NCBI GenBank assembly: GCA_035291225.1
Contig: DATDSO010000004.1
Coordinates: forward strand, 490,765 to 554,764
Source of the DNA: an archaeon
GTDB lineage: Archaea > Aenigmatarchaeota > Aenigmatarchaeia > Aenigmatarchaeales > JACQIB01
Direction of reading: 5' to 3'
DNA: 64,000 nt
Shown here: piece by piece, positions 44,891 through 55,239 of the stretch
How positions within the stretch are numbered: position 1 is the stretch's first letter
Layout: the number at the start of each line of letters is the position of its first letter
Program-made: the position numbers and the translations under genes
The notes under the pieces: model-generated
Told to the model about the DNA's origin: nothing
Database searches by the model: none
The model's input: only the letters and a program-made list of their open reading frames with translations

Positions 44891-45616
44891 ATGCTTTACC
44901 TAATAGGTCTTGGTATTGGGAATGAGAAAGATTTGACTCTGCGGGAAATAGAAATCGCGCGCACGTGCGAGTGCTTTGCAGAGCTCTACACAAGCAAGTG
45001 GGTAGGCTCGCTTGCAGAGCTTGAGAGAATGATAGGGAAAAAAATAAATCTATTGAAAAGAAATGAAGTTGAAATAAAAGTTTCTGATATTCTAGATATG
45101 GCAGAAAAAAAAGATGTTGCTGTATTTTTTCCCGGCGATCCGCTTGCTGCAACAACTCATACGGAATTTTTAATTTCTGCCAGAGAAAGAAAAATCCCTG
45201 TAAAGGTTTTGCACAACAGCTCGATTTTTTCCGCTGTTGCTGAAACAGGCTTGCAGCTTTACAAATTCGGAAAAACTGCTACAATTCCTTTTTCAGGAAA
45301 GCTTGAGAATATGAAAAATATTTTGAAAGAAAATAAAAAAGTTGGGGCGCATACGCTCCTGCTTTTGGATTTGGATGCAGAGGCAGGCTTGTATATGAGC
45401 GCAGCGGATGCCGTAAAAATTCTTTTGAAAGAAAAAATTCTGAAACCTTCTGACAAAATCGTTGCAGCGGGCGCGCTCGGGACAGAAAATTCTGAAATTG
45501 TTTTTGCGCCGGCAAAAACTTTACTGGAGAAAGAAATTTCAACGCCTGCTGTGCTAGTTGTTTCCGGGAAACTTCATTTCAGGGAGAAAGATTTTTTGGA
45601 AACGATTAAGGTTTAA
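44891..45616 (+). CDS. dph5: Diphthine synthase
   Basis: Tetrapyrrole-methylase fold, N-terminal MLYLIGLGIGNEKDLT. Confidence 0.88.
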   Translation: MLYLIGLGIGNEKDLTLREIEIARTCECFAELYTSKWVGSLAELERMIGKKINLLKRNEVEIKVSDILDMAEKKDVAVFFPGDPLAATTHTEFLISARERKIPVKVLHNSSIFSAVAETGLQLYKFGKTATIPFSGKLENMKNILKENKKVGAHTLLLLDLDAEAGLYMSAADAVKILLKEKILKPSDKIVAAGALGTENSEIVFAPAKTLLEKEISTPAVLVVSGKLHFREKDFLETIKV

Positions 45617-45648
45617 ATACCTATAATTAGAAATCAGGATGTGAAATT

Positions 45649-45885
45649 ATGTCAACGAGAGCATTGCACCCTGTTCCTATGAATTTAACTCCAGAAGAAA
45701 TTACAGCAAGAATGAATATTCTTGGAGGAGGACGTATGGTGAGGCGGGTTTATTTGGAAGCCGCGCCTCCATCTTACGAAAGAGACGGCGTGCCTATGCA
45801 AAATGTTATTGTTGTTGAATACCATGACAAGCCAAAAGATTTCAGACCTCAACCTCGAATAGATGGCATAGATTATGTGAGGTAA
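45649..45885 (+). CDS. Hypothetical small protein
   Basis: 78 aa, first gene of a co-directional block. TATA at 45612-45619. Confidence 0.4.
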   Translation: MSTRALHPVPMNLTPEEITARMNILGGGRMVRRVYLEAAPPSYERDGVPMQNVIVVEYHDKPKDFRPQPRIDGIDYVR

Positions 45886-45917
45886 TTTTTCTGTCAAATA
45901 TTGTAAAGCCTGAAGAT

Positions 45918-46148
45918 GTGACAAAATGGCTTGAAAGAATTGAGAATGTTTTGGAAAATATTTCTTCGCTTTCAGAAAAAGGTGAGGAAGTAATTGAAAA
46001 TGCGCGCGCTTATGTTTCTGACTGCAGGCATTTTTTTGAAAAGGAAAATTTAGTTCTGGCTTTCGAATGCATGGTGCATGCCTGGGCAATTTTGGAAACC
46101 GCGCGCGAGCTTGGGGCAGTTGATTTCGAAAACAACAAAACTTTATGA
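45918..46148 (+). CDS. Hypothetical small helical protein
   Basis: 76 aa. Confidence 0.45.
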   Translation: MTKWLERIENVLENISSLSEKGEEVIENARAYVSDCRHFFEKENLVLAFECMVHAWAILETARELGAVDFENNKTL

Positions 46149-46294
46149 ATTCTTTCACTCCCAATTGGTGCCGAAAGCTTTAAATACTACCTCTGTACAT
46201 ATATTTGATAGAGTTTTGTTATCCTTTCAGGATGATAAAACTTCAGCGGCTTTAGGTTTAAATCCTTTGCCACTGAACGAAATTAAAACAAAAT

Positions 46295-47065
46295 GTGATT
46301 AAAATGCCACAAAATCAATCGGTCAATATTGCAATGCCGGCTGGAATGGTCGAAGCTTTACTGGAAAGAATAGATGCTCTAGGGCAGCCAAAGAAAGTTG
46401 AAGACTTCAGAGATGTAGAAGTTTTGGATAAAATCGGAAATGTAGAAAAACATATTATTAATCCTTTAATAGGAAGAGACAGGCCGGGGTTAGATTATGG
46501 CGACTGGATAAATGCATTAAGGCCAGCTGCTTATTTTGATCCTAGGAGTGGCGCTAGACTTCCTGGTTGGAAAGGAACTGAATCTTTTGAGGAATGGGGA
46601 ACACGTTTGGGTGCTTCAAGTCTTGTAGCAATCCCTGTTTTGGGAGCGGCTGCGGTAGTTTACGGTTTCGAGACTGGAGGCAAACCTTCGAAGGCAGAAC
46701 AGGTGATAAGTAAATTGAAATACGAGCTTGATGAAAATGGAAAACCTGTTGCTGACAAGCTTTCTCCAGAATATATTTCAGGAAAAGTAAAATCAAATGC
46801 AACATTCATGGCGATTTATGGAAATGAAGAGGAAAGAGAAAACAGTCTTTCAATTCTTGCCGAACTTAAAGCATATGAAGGTGATTTGAAAGCTGTTCTT
46901 GAAGGTGGTGGAGCAAGCGCTGCTTACAGTGTTGGGCAGGAAGATGAAGAAGGCGGTTCAGCTACTTACGGAACAACTTCAGGAGAACTCCCGTTGACTT
47001 ACGGGAATGTTGATTTAATGCCTGCGATGAAACATATTTTGGAATGGCAGGCAAACTTAGAATAA
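46295..47065 (+). CDS. Hypothetical protein with one TM segment
   Basis: 256 aa. GTG start in the track; ATG at 46304 is also possible. Confidence 0.55.
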   Translation: MIKMPQNQSVNIAMPAGMVEALLERIDALGQPKKVEDFRDVEVLDKIGNVEKHIINPLIGRDRPGLDYGDWINALRPAAYFDPRSGARLPGWKGTESFEEWGTRLGASSLVAIPVLGAAAVVYGFETGGKPSKAEQVISKLKYELDENGKPVADKLSPEYISGKVKSNATFMAIYGNEEERENSLSILAELKAYEGDLKAVLEGGGASAAYSVGQEDEEGGSATYGTTSGELPLTYGNVDLMPAMKHILEWQANLE

Positions 47066-47093
47066 TAAATTTTTAAAAAAGGAGGTAATAAAA

Positions 47094-48764
47094 ATGCAAA
47101 ATCAAAACCAAGGTCAAAGAAATCAGGTGGATCCTGTTTTATGGAGAGATGCCCTAGCTCAGGTGAACGCGAGAGAGATCTATTTTTCTAGGAGACATGG
47201 ACAGGGTGCGGAAACTTATGTTACACAACACTCTCAGGAAATAAAAGCAGAGATAGAGAGGGCGGCAAAAAAAGATTTTGAAGATTATCAACGAATGCAT
47301 CCGGGTGCCAAACCGGGAGAAAAGGCAAACCGCCTTAGAGCAATGGTTGGGGACGCTGTTGAAACAGTTGTTCCAAAATATTTGAGAACCGGCTTGGGTG
47401 TTTCAGATCCGTGGATGGAAAGATTTGCAAAAAGTTATTTCAATGAGCTTGAATGGATTGATGTTGGAATCGAAGAAAATGGGCAAGCTGAATTTACGAC
47501 CGGAACTTTGCTCAAACCTGGTGCAAAACCTGTTGGTGAATTGTATGATGAAGAATATTCAGCATACATTACCCAGGCTGTTGCCGGAGTCTATCAAAAT
47601 TTGTTCCAGCAAAGACAAGCAGTTCAAGCACAGGCTGCGGCAGCCGCGCCTCGCAGAGGCCGCGGACGCAGAGAACGTTCTGCTGCTGATACATACAGAG
47701 CTGAATTAAGAGAAGATCTTGGAGTTGGAACTCAGAATGGAAGAGCTTCCTACAAATCAGATGAGCAGGTTTTCAGATATCTTTTGAAGCTGATAAACAG
47801 CGATGTGGATGGAGTTGAGGTAACTCGCGCAGATGGTGTTGCTCACGAAACAGCAGATTTCCTTAACACAGTTGCAAAAGCAAAAATCGAGCCTATAACA
47901 GGAAGAAAAGGAAAGCATTATCTGCTTAAACTTTATGACGACGAGAGAAAATTGGTTGGAGTCGGCTATAAAGTTGGAAACGAAGTTAAATTCAGAAAGT
48001 ACAGCACACCAGTTGAACGGGATGAGGAATTTTTACACATAAGATACGACGGTTCAAGCGGAGTGAAAGTTAAAACAAAGCAGCTTGAAGCCCGCGGAGC
48101 AAGGAGAGATAAAGACTTTGTGGTTTTGGAAGAGGGTGGAATATTCAAAGCTCCTTTGATAATTCCTTTGACAGACAAAGGATACAGGATGGCAGAAAAA
48201 GTTTACGATAGAAACAAAAGAAATAAGAAAGCCTTTAAATGGGGATACGGAGTTGGCAGCGGTACTGGCCTTGGTTTACTTGGAGCAACAGTAGCAGCAG
48301 GCGTAACAGGTGGAACACTGGCATTTCTGATTCCGCTTTATGCGGCAGTTGGTTCAGCAGCCGGTGCTGTGGCTCGTGGAGAAAGTCTGATAAACGACCG
48401 CGAAAACAGAACATTAATTCGTGTAGCGCAATCTCTCGGTACCACCTTCAATCCTCGACAGCAAAGTGAAGAGGACGGAGGCAACGAAGCTCCTGCACCT
48501 CAAGCACCTATAGTTCAACCGCCAACGCAAGAGCCTCCAACACCACCGGCGCCTCCAGCACGCAGACCAAGAACTTTGATAGATAGAAATGGCGAAACTG
48601 AAAACCAGCCTGGAGAAACAGACCCGAGAGAAGCAGCTATGGAAGCCTTAAGAAGTGTAGATGGCCTAGTTAACGAAACAGCACCAAAAGCTCTGGTAAG
48701 AAGAATTAGAAGAGAAGTTCGTAGACCAATTGCTGAAGATGTGGAAGCTGCGGCAGCTCAATAA
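47094..48764 (+). CDS. Hypothetical protein (556 aa) with Gly/Ala-rich hydrophobic segment and Pro-rich C-terminal region
   Basis: SD-like GGAGG upstream. Locally elevated GC. Confidence 0.6.
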   Translation: MQNQNQGQRNQVDPVLWRDALAQVNAREIYFSRRHGQGAETYVTQHSQEIKAEIERAAKKDFEDYQRMHPGAKPGEKANRLRAMVGDAVETVVPKYLRTGLGVSDPWMERFAKSYFNELEWIDVGIEENGQAEFTTGTLLKPGAKPVGELYDEEYSAYITQAVAGVYQNLFQQRQAVQAQAAAAAPRRGRGRRERSAADTYRAELREDLGVGTQNGRASYKSDEQVFRYLLKLINSDVDGVEVTRADGVAHETADFLNTVAKAKIEPITGRKGKHYLLKLYDDERKLVGVGYKVGNEVKFRKYSTPVERDEEFLHIRYDGSSGVKVKTKQLEARGARRDKDFVVLEEGGIFKAPLIIPLTDKGYRMAEKVYDRNKRNKKAFKWGYGVGSGTGLGLLGATVAAGVTGGTLAFLIPLYAAVGSAAGAVARGESLINDRENRTLIRVAQSLGTTFNPRQQSEEDGGNEAPAPQAPIVQPPTQEPPTPPAPPARRPRTLIDRNGETENQPGETDPREAAMEALRSVDGLVNETAPKALVRRIRREVRRPIAEDVEAAAAQ

Positions 48765-48803
48765 TAAATTTTTATTTTTTAAATTTTTTTACCTAAAAAA
48801 TAA

Positions 48804-50852
48804 TTGGTGTTTTTCATGGCCGAACAAAAATTAGTTTCACAAAAAGCAGCAGGCGTTATGTCCAGGCTTAGAGGCAATTCTTTTTACAATCTTCAAGATC
48901 CAACGGCGGATAGAAGATTTCTTTCTGAAGCGACTGCATATGTTGAAGATGGGCTCGGCAGAAATATTCCGTCAGGGCAAATCGCAGACGGGCTTGTCGG
49001 ATTAAGAAATGCGCATTATGGTTCTCAAAGGGCCACAGCAGTTTATGTTGTGAATGCTAGACAAGCGAAACCTTTGGCGGATTCTATAAAAAATGTAAAA
49101 GGCGAGAAGCCAACTGAAGTTTACAACTTTCATTTCAAGGAGCTTCCGGATGGAAAATTCAGAGTGAGCGTTGAAGCTTCTCTTGATGGCGCGATTCAAA
49201 TTAAAAATAGATTTCAATCTCAGTTAATCGACGCAGGTTTTGCCGATCTTGGAAAAAAGAAAGCGGAATTTTCTAAGGTTCAGCAAGGATTGGCTGAGCA
49301 CCAGGAAAAACTTTCTAAAAGGGAAAAAGCCCTTGCTCAGAAAGAAAAAGAAGTTAAAGATGCTGAAGCGCTTGTTGTTGAAAAGGGAAAATTTATTGAA
49401 GATGAAAAAACCGCCAAAGACGAGATACAATTTCCTTCTTACATAAGAAAGAGGCTGGATGCGGAGGCAAAAGATAAAAAATTCAAAACAAAACTAGACT
49501 ACTTAATGAGCGAAGATGGAAAGAAAAGAGTTGAGCAGATAGGCGAGGCTCTAAAAGCACTTGACGAATACGAGCCAATAATTCGCAAAAATTTAAATGG
49601 AGAATATAGCAGAAGTGGTGCTTATGATGAAATTTTGTCAGATGCTCCAAAAGCTGCTGAAAGACTAAATCAGTTCGGCCCGCTTGCTAAGAAAATGAGC
49701 AGAATGACAAAAGGCCAGAAAGGGGTTTTGAGGCAGAGATTGAAAGTTGATACTGAAGAAATTTTTAATGCTGATCCCAGCAAAGCTCTGGATGAAGCGA
49801 AAAAAATCAGAGGGGCAAAACTAACAAGCCTGAAAAGTTTTGGCGGGTGGAATGTCGAAGCGGTTGATTATTTGCTCAGCATGTTAGGAGACCAGAAGAA
49901 TAACGCTAATGCTGATGAATATAAAATTTATTTAGAAGCTTCTCTTAAACGCGGAGTTTTCGGAAGATATAATTTTAGAGAAGATGTTCCTGTTGGAATT
50001 GCGGAATGGTTTAGAAGTGAATATCAAGAAGCTAAAGATTATTTGAAAGCTGGCGGGACTGAGCCTGTTGTACAGACTGTTGCCAAAACACCTGCTCCAG
50101 CTGTTCAACCGCAGAAAATGAGAAAAGCTTTGAAAGGAACTTGGGCGAAGACTCATCCTGCAGAGAAACCGGTTTACAGAGTTGATGTTGATTTGGGCCC
50201 TTTGAAAGCTTACATAAAGCGCAAAAATACATTCCCAGATGATGTGAAAGTTGTTACTGAAAAAGATGGTTCAAATTATGTTACTGGAGATAAACAGAAA
50301 GTTGATGCTTTTGTAAAAGAATTGAACAAACCTCAGCAACCCAATCAAGAAGCGGAAACTAAAAAAGGAAAGAGAACATTTACAATGAAACAAGAAGATG
50401 CTGAAAAAATAAAAAGGCGCGACAAAACTTTTGGCCAATATGTTGTCGGCATTAAAGATGGAAGAGTCAGACTTGCTGTTCCAGAAGGAGAATATGAACA
50501 ATTCGTAGGAAGATATAATCTGCGTTCGGTAAAACCTGCGGCAACTAAAAAGAGAGAACCTGCAGCTGTAAAAAAAGAGGTGCGAAAACCAATTATAGCG
50601 TATGTTCCAAAAATTAAAGTTCTTGAAGCGGCAAAAAGAGATGATGGAATATTTTCTCATTTCAAAGGACCTATTGATAAAAAAGGAAGAATTCCGTTAG
50701 AGATAGAAGCTGGCGGATTGGAAGCTTTTGAAAAAAGATATGGCATCCAATTTGGAACAGCTCAAAGAAAAGTCAAAGAAGTTTCTGATGCAGATGCCCA
50801 AAAACTTTTAGAGCGAGCAGGAAAAGCTGCATTAGCAGATAAAGGAAAGTGA
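48804..50852 (+). CDS. Hypothetical K/E-rich coiled-coil protein (682 aa) carrying an RDKTFGQYV module
   Basis: C-terminal KIKRRDKTFGQYVVGIKDGRVRLAVPEGEYEQFVGRYNL is paralogous to the C-terminus of the next gene. Confidence 0.6.
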   Translation: MVFFMAEQKLVSQKAAGVMSRLRGNSFYNLQDPTADRRFLSEATAYVEDGLGRNIPSGQIADGLVGLRNAHYGSQRATAVYVVNARQAKPLADSIKNVKGEKPTEVYNFHFKELPDGKFRVSVEASLDGAIQIKNRFQSQLIDAGFADLGKKKAEFSKVQQGLAEHQEKLSKREKALAQKEKEVKDAEALVVEKGKFIEDEKTAKDEIQFPSYIRKRLDAEAKDKKFKTKLDYLMSEDGKKRVEQIGEALKALDEYEPIIRKNLNGEYSRSGAYDEILSDAPKAAERLNQFGPLAKKMSRMTKGQKGVLRQRLKVDTEEIFNADPSKALDEAKKIRGAKLTSLKSFGGWNVEAVDYLLSMLGDQKNNANADEYKIYLEASLKRGVFGRYNFREDVPVGIAEWFRSEYQEAKDYLKAGGTEPVVQTVAKTPAPAVQPQKMRKALKGTWAKTHPAEKPVYRVDVDLGPLKAYIKRKNTFPDDVKVVTEKDGSNYVTGDKQKVDAFVKELNKPQQPNQEAETKKGKRTFTMKQEDAEKIKRRDKTFGQYVVGIKDGRVRLAVPEGEYEQFVGRYNLRSVKPAATKKREPAAVKKEVRKPIIAYVPKIKVLEAAKRDDGIFSHFKGPIDKKGRIPLEIEAGGLEAFEKRYGIQFGTAQRKVKEVSDADAQKLLERAGKAALADKGK

Positions 50853-50859
50853 TTATTCT

Positions 50860-51768
50860 ATGAAACGAGCAGAACTCGCTCGTCAGATGCTTGATGTTTT
50901 TCTTAAAGAACAGCCGCATTTGAAATGTTTGTTTGATTACGTACCTAGGGGAGATATTGAAACTTACGTAGCTGAAGAATTAAAAAAGAAAGTCCCGGTT
51001 GAAAATATTTATTCTGGATTGAAAGAAAAATTGGATAAAGCGCGAGCAGAGCAAAGCGTTGAGCTTCCTCCTTACCAGGCGAGTTTAGACGAGATCAGAA
51101 TGCAATTGGAAAGTGAAGGTATAAATGACATTTTTCTTAGGCAAGATGATGAAGGCAAAGTTATTGCACGCGTTTCGAGAAGTTACGCAAAAGCAGGAAA
51201 GTTGGCTTTGGAAAATATGGAGCTTCAAAGAAAAGTTGACCTCCTTGCTTCTGAAACTGAAGATCGGAAACTTCGGTTAGTGGAAGCTAAAGATGAAACA
51301 AAAAAAATGAAAGAGTACTCTGAAAGATTTCTCACAAGTGTTTATGCTAATTTCTTTAGAAGAGGAAAAAATTTTGTTGTAGATGGTTTGCGCAGACTTT
51401 ACAAAGTTAAAGAGAGAGAAGCAGAAGCGGGCGAAGCAGCTAAAAAAGCGACAGCGGAGAAAGAAAGATTGGAAGCGGAAGGAAGCAGATTAGAAGCAGA
51501 AAAAAAGCAGTTAAATGCTTTAAGCCAACAACTTGGTGAAAGAGAGTCTGCGGTCTCTGCTGCTGAAAAAAAACTGCCGAAAGAAGGAAAAATAATTTTT
51601 AGAATGGAACAGAATGTTGCAAGAGGCATTGCCCAGCGCGACAAAACTTTTGGCCAATATGTTGCCAGCACCAAAGATGGGCTCGCTGAAATTAGAGTCA
51701 ATCCCAGCGAATTAAGTTCATTTATGGAAAAATACAGACTGCAGTTGGCAGAGCAGGCGGCCGCTTAA
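50860..51768 (+). CDS. Hypothetical coiled-coil protein with the RDKTFGQYV module
   Basis: IAQRDKTFGQYVASTKDGLAEIRVNPSELSSFMEKYRL. Confidence 0.6.
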   Translation: MKRAELARQMLDVFLKEQPHLKCLFDYVPRGDIETYVAEELKKKVPVENIYSGLKEKLDKARAEQSVELPPYQASLDEIRMQLESEGINDIFLRQDDEGKVIARVSRSYAKAGKLALENMELQRKVDLLASETEDRKLRLVEAKDETKKMKEYSERFLTSVYANFFRRGKNFVVDGLRRLYKVKEREAEAGEAAKKATAEKERLEAEGSRLEAEKKQLNALSQQLGERESAVSAAEKKLPKEGKIIFRMEQNVARGIAQRDKTFGQYVASTKDGLAEIRVNPSELSSFMEKYRLQLAEQAAA

Positions 51769-51845
51769 GAAATAAAATTCTTTTGAATTTTAACAGAATT
51801 TCGTGGTACAATAAGGTTTAAATCCTTTTCGTTCCTATTAATTCT

Positions 51846-52700
51846 ATGCCACCACGAGGTAGTTTAGGGTTTTCAAATGAGACCGCAAGGAATATTTTTC
51901 AGTCAGCGGCGCGCGGAGATTCGAAAAGGAATTATTCTTACGGTATTGGAAGAATCCCAGAAGCAGTTGGAACAAAGTTTGTTTTTTATTATTTGAGAAA
52001 TCATGGAGAAAATCCAAATGAAATCGTGGATTTTCTCCGCAATCGTGCGCTTCACGGGCAGGGAGAAAGAATTGTTTATCCAACTGAACTTAGAGAACAT
52101 CTGGAAGCCGCGCTGAAATTTTATAAAATTCCTGTTGGAGTTGAAGATGAGCATGCGGGCATTTCCATTATTTCTGTTCCAAAAGGCTCTGTTCACATTG
52201 CGCGTGAAATCGGCGGGTATCTGATGATTGACAGTTTGAAAAAAAGAGGGCAGGATATTCCGAAGAATGTAGAAACAGAAATCGCGGCAGAACTGCTTTT
52301 TGTCCTGCAGGAAAGGAAGGAAGCCGATGATATTTCTAAAGTTTTAAAAGAAGCTTTAGGCTTACAAAAAAAACAAGGAGGAGATGATATGGTAACAAGA
52401 CAAGAGGCTGAGGCAATCGCATCAGCTTTCAAGGAAAGGGCTAGACGAGTGTATCGTGGACAAGAGGAAGTGAAAAAAGGAAGAGAAGGTTTGGATGCAT
52501 ACGAGAAGCAAATGGCAGTTGATTTGGGTCAGGCGCTTGGCGCTGTTCCCGGAGTTCCGCCAGTTGCTGATGGAGAAACAGTAAGAACTTATGCAGCCAG
52601 AGCTATTCCGGCCGCGGTACAAGAGCTCGATGCAGTTGCAAAAGCACTAAAAGATGCAGCAGAATTCGATCCGAGCCAAGAACCACCTAAAGAAAAATAA
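51846..52700 (+). CDS. Hypothetical protein
   Basis: 284 aa. TATA GTTTAAATCC at 51816-51825. Confidence 0.55.
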   Translation: MPPRGSLGFSNETARNIFQSAARGDSKRNYSYGIGRIPEAVGTKFVFYYLRNHGENPNEIVDFLRNRALHGQGERIVYPTELREHLEAALKFYKIPVGVEDEHAGISIISVPKGSVHIAREIGGYLMIDSLKKRGQDIPKNVETEIAAELLFVLQERKEADDISKVLKEALGLQKKQGGDDMVTRQEAEAIASAFKERARRVYRGQEEVKKGREGLDAYEKQMAVDLGQALGAVPGVPPVADGETVRTYAARAIPAAVQELDAVAKALKDAAEFDPSQEPPKEK

Positions 52701-52718
52701 TAATAAAATTGATTTAAA

Positions 52719-53549
52719 ATGGCAGCAGAGGGAAGCTCGCTCTTAGAAAGAGCTAGGGAAGCTGCGCGCAGCTTTGTAGAAGGGCGGCGCGCGCTTTATC
52801 AAACTGAACAAGATTTGGCTAGACGCGAGGCTGATTTAGAACGACGCGCAAGAGTTTTGTCAGAAGGAACTGCTGCCATTGTTAATGAATTAGAAGGATT
52901 AGGAATTTCTCCGGGAGGAGAAACATTTCCAAATTATCTGAAAAGGGGTTTTGAAGAGATTAGAGCAAGATTAGAATCTCTTCCGTACAGCGGACCTGCA
53001 GAAAAAAGATATCCAGAACCGCCACCCTTTTCACCACCTACTACATCTCCGGCGCCCGGATTCGAAGTTGATTCGTCACCTGCAGCAGTGGATGAAGTCG
53101 CGCATGGCGCTGCAGGCAGCGCGAAAAAAGAAGAAATGCCCGAAGGTTTTGTTATGGGTGGGGTCGATACTGGAATGGTTTATGGGCCAACAGGAATTGA
53201 CGAAACTGCAGTTTATGAAGATTTGATAAGCAGAATGCATTCAGCTCTAACTGGCGTTGAAGGTGCTCCTCCTAAAAAAGATGGAGAGCCGAAAGAGAAA
53301 TATTTTGCAAGGCTTTCGCAATTTTTGATTTCACACGCTCCAGAAATCGAAAAAACCTTCAGTGACGAGATATCTCTTCTTGAAATATCTCGCGAAGATT
53401 TAAAAAGTATTTCTAAAGAACATCCTGAGGTATCCAACTTCAAAAGCGTAAAAAAATTAGATAAAAGTCGGTCTGTACAACTTTTTGTGCCATCAGCATT
53501 AGAAAGGCTTTACAAAAATAGATTTGGATTTGGAGACGACTCCAGTTAG
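52719..53549 (+). CDS. Hypothetical protein with Pro-rich linker
   Basis: 276 aa. Confidence 0.55.
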   Translation: MAAEGSSLLERAREAARSFVEGRRALYQTEQDLARREADLERRARVLSEGTAAIVNELEGLGISPGGETFPNYLKRGFEEIRARLESLPYSGPAEKRYPEPPPFSPPTTSPAPGFEVDSSPAAVDEVAHGAAGSAKKEEMPEGFVMGGVDTGMVYGPTGIDETAVYEDLISRMHSALTGVEGAPPKKDGEPKEKYFARLSQFLISHAPEIEKTFSDEISLLEISREDLKSISKEHPEVSNFKSVKKLDKSRSVQLFVPSALERLYKNRFGFGDDSS

Positions 53550-53591
53550 CATCGTTCTAAAGCTTTTAAATAATATCCGCAGGATATTTTC

Positions 53592-54203
53592 ATGGCAGAT
53601 GTTGTAAATATCTCAAGCTTGATTTTTCAGATTCTGAAAATTTCCCCGCAGCTGATAAGCAAGTATCCGAATTTTCAGGACCAGCTTTTGAATTTGGTTT
53701 TCATTCCACATATAATTCTTATACTTTTTCTGATGGCTTTTTCCGGAATGCTGATTTCAAGAATTTTGAAAACCCCTCACATGGGAATGAAAATTTTAAT
53801 TGGCATCGCCGCCTACTTATACATAGTGTGGGCGGGTTGGTATGGAACATGGTTGCTGCCTTTGGTCAATGCCTATTTCCAAATTGCGCTGATAGCCGCA
53901 ATAATATTTTTCGGAATAAGCATTTTCTGGCATCCAGCTTCGCATGAAGCAACTTTGAAACTTTTGCAGGCAGGAGCAGAGGAGGTCGGCAAGAGAACAA
54001 TTGGAAAATCAAAGGACAGGGAAAGGCTGGAAAAAGAATTGAGGTCTGTAAGAGAATCAATAAAGACTGCTGAAACTAAGCTAGAAAATTTAGAGGCTCA
54101 GGGAATGGGCGGCTCTTATCAGGCTGCTGCACTGCAGCAGAGAATTGAAGAGTATGAAGAAATGGCGCGAAAATTGAAAAGAGCAATAGAGGAGAATGAA
54201 TGA
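53592..54203 (+). CDS. Membrane protein (4 TM) with C-terminal coiled coil
   Basis: TATA at 53563-53573. Confidence 0.55.
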   Translation: MADVVNISSLIFQILKISPQLISKYPNFQDQLLNLVFIPHIILILFLMAFSGMLISRILKTPHMGMKILIGIAAYLYIVWAGWYGTWLLPLVNAYFQIALIAAIIFFGISIFWHPASHEATLKLLQAGAEEVGKRTIGKSKDRERLEKELRSVRESIKTAETKLENLEAQGMGGSYQAAALQQRIEEYEEMARKLKRAIEENE

Positions 54204-54684
54204 AATGGCCGCATTCGCATTTGATTTTTCAAACCAGCAGTTCCTGATTACTTTTCTTTTTACGCTCGCGGTGATTTTCGGGGTTCTTGAATTGGGCGGG
54301 CCGTTCAAAAAAAATCGCGCAGTAAATGCTGTGATTGCATTTGCGATTGCTGTTTTTGGCGCAAGCTATGGGCCGTTCCAGACCGCTTTGTGGGGCGTGC
54401 TTCCAAACATAACTTGGTTTTTTATTGTAATGTTTTTCATCGCTTTCACCCTTGAACTTTTTGGCGCAAGAAAAGCCGGAGGCGGCGGACTGGAAGGGAT
54501 GATTACAACAGCTGGGGTGTTGATAGTTTTGATGGCTTTGGGCTGGACAATTTTACGGCAGTTTCCGGTTCAGCTTCCTTTTATCGGCGGCGGAGAGAAC
54601 TTGCTTTTCCTGATAGGATTCCTTTTCGTTATTTCGCTTTTTTGGGCAGCAATGAAAATGGGCGGCGGGAAGGGCGGAGAATGA
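54196..54684 (+). CDS. Small polytopic membrane protein, member of a tandem paralogue array
   Basis: 162 aa, 4 TM, Gly-rich C-terminus. Confidence 0.55.
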   Translation: MNEMAAFAFDFSNQQFLITFLFTLAVIFGVLELGGPFKKNRAVNAVIAFAIAVFGASYGPFQTALWGVLPNITWFFIVMFFIAFTLELFGARKAGGGGLEGMITTAGVLIVLMALGWTILRQFPVQLPFIGGGENLLFLIGFLFVISLFWAAMKMGGGKGGE

Positions 54685-54714
54685 AAGAATTTAAACACAG
54701 AGAATAATTAATTT

Positions 54715-55239
54715 GTGATAAAAATGGCAGGCATTGTTGAATTTGTTGAAACTTTAAGGAGCGCGGGCTTTGGGCTGGTTTTCCTTTGGCTGCTTACGCT
54801 TTCAATTGTTTACGGGATACTTTCGCATATCGGAGGAGGACTGCCGCGCTCAGTCAGTGCGCGAGGAATAATTTCAATTTCAATTTCATTTTTGGTTTTG
54901 CTTGCAGCAAGCGGGCCCGCAACTGCTGCTTTTCTTTCCAATTTAACAAGCTCGCTTGTTATAATCGCTTTTGGAATTTTGATCACAATGATTTTCCTTG
55001 AGATGGCTGGGGTAAAAGTTGGAGAGAAAGGGTTGCATATTTTCCACCAGCATGGAACCATATTCGGAATTGCGCTGATTGTACTTATTGTTTTAATTTT
55101 CATCGGCGCGGGCGGATTGAAGTTGGTTGGGCTCCCGACAATAAACATAACCGGAGAAATCGCCGCGCTGGCGCTTTTCATAATAGTTATGGTAGCTGCG
55201 ATTTATCTTTTATATACTGAAACAACAAAAAATAAGTGA
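54715..55239 (+). CDS. Small polytopic membrane protein, paralogue 2
   Basis: Shares LWLLT-x-SIVYGILSH...R-x-IISI block with the next two genes. Confidence 0.6.
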   Translation: MIKMAGIVEFVETLRSAGFGLVFLWLLTLSIVYGILSHIGGGLPRSVSARGIISISISFLVLLAASGPATAAFLSNLTSSLVIIAFGILITMIFLEMAGVKVGEKGLHIFHQHGTIFGIALIVLIVLIFIGAGGLKLVGLPTINITGEIAALALFIIVMVAAIYLLYTETTKNK

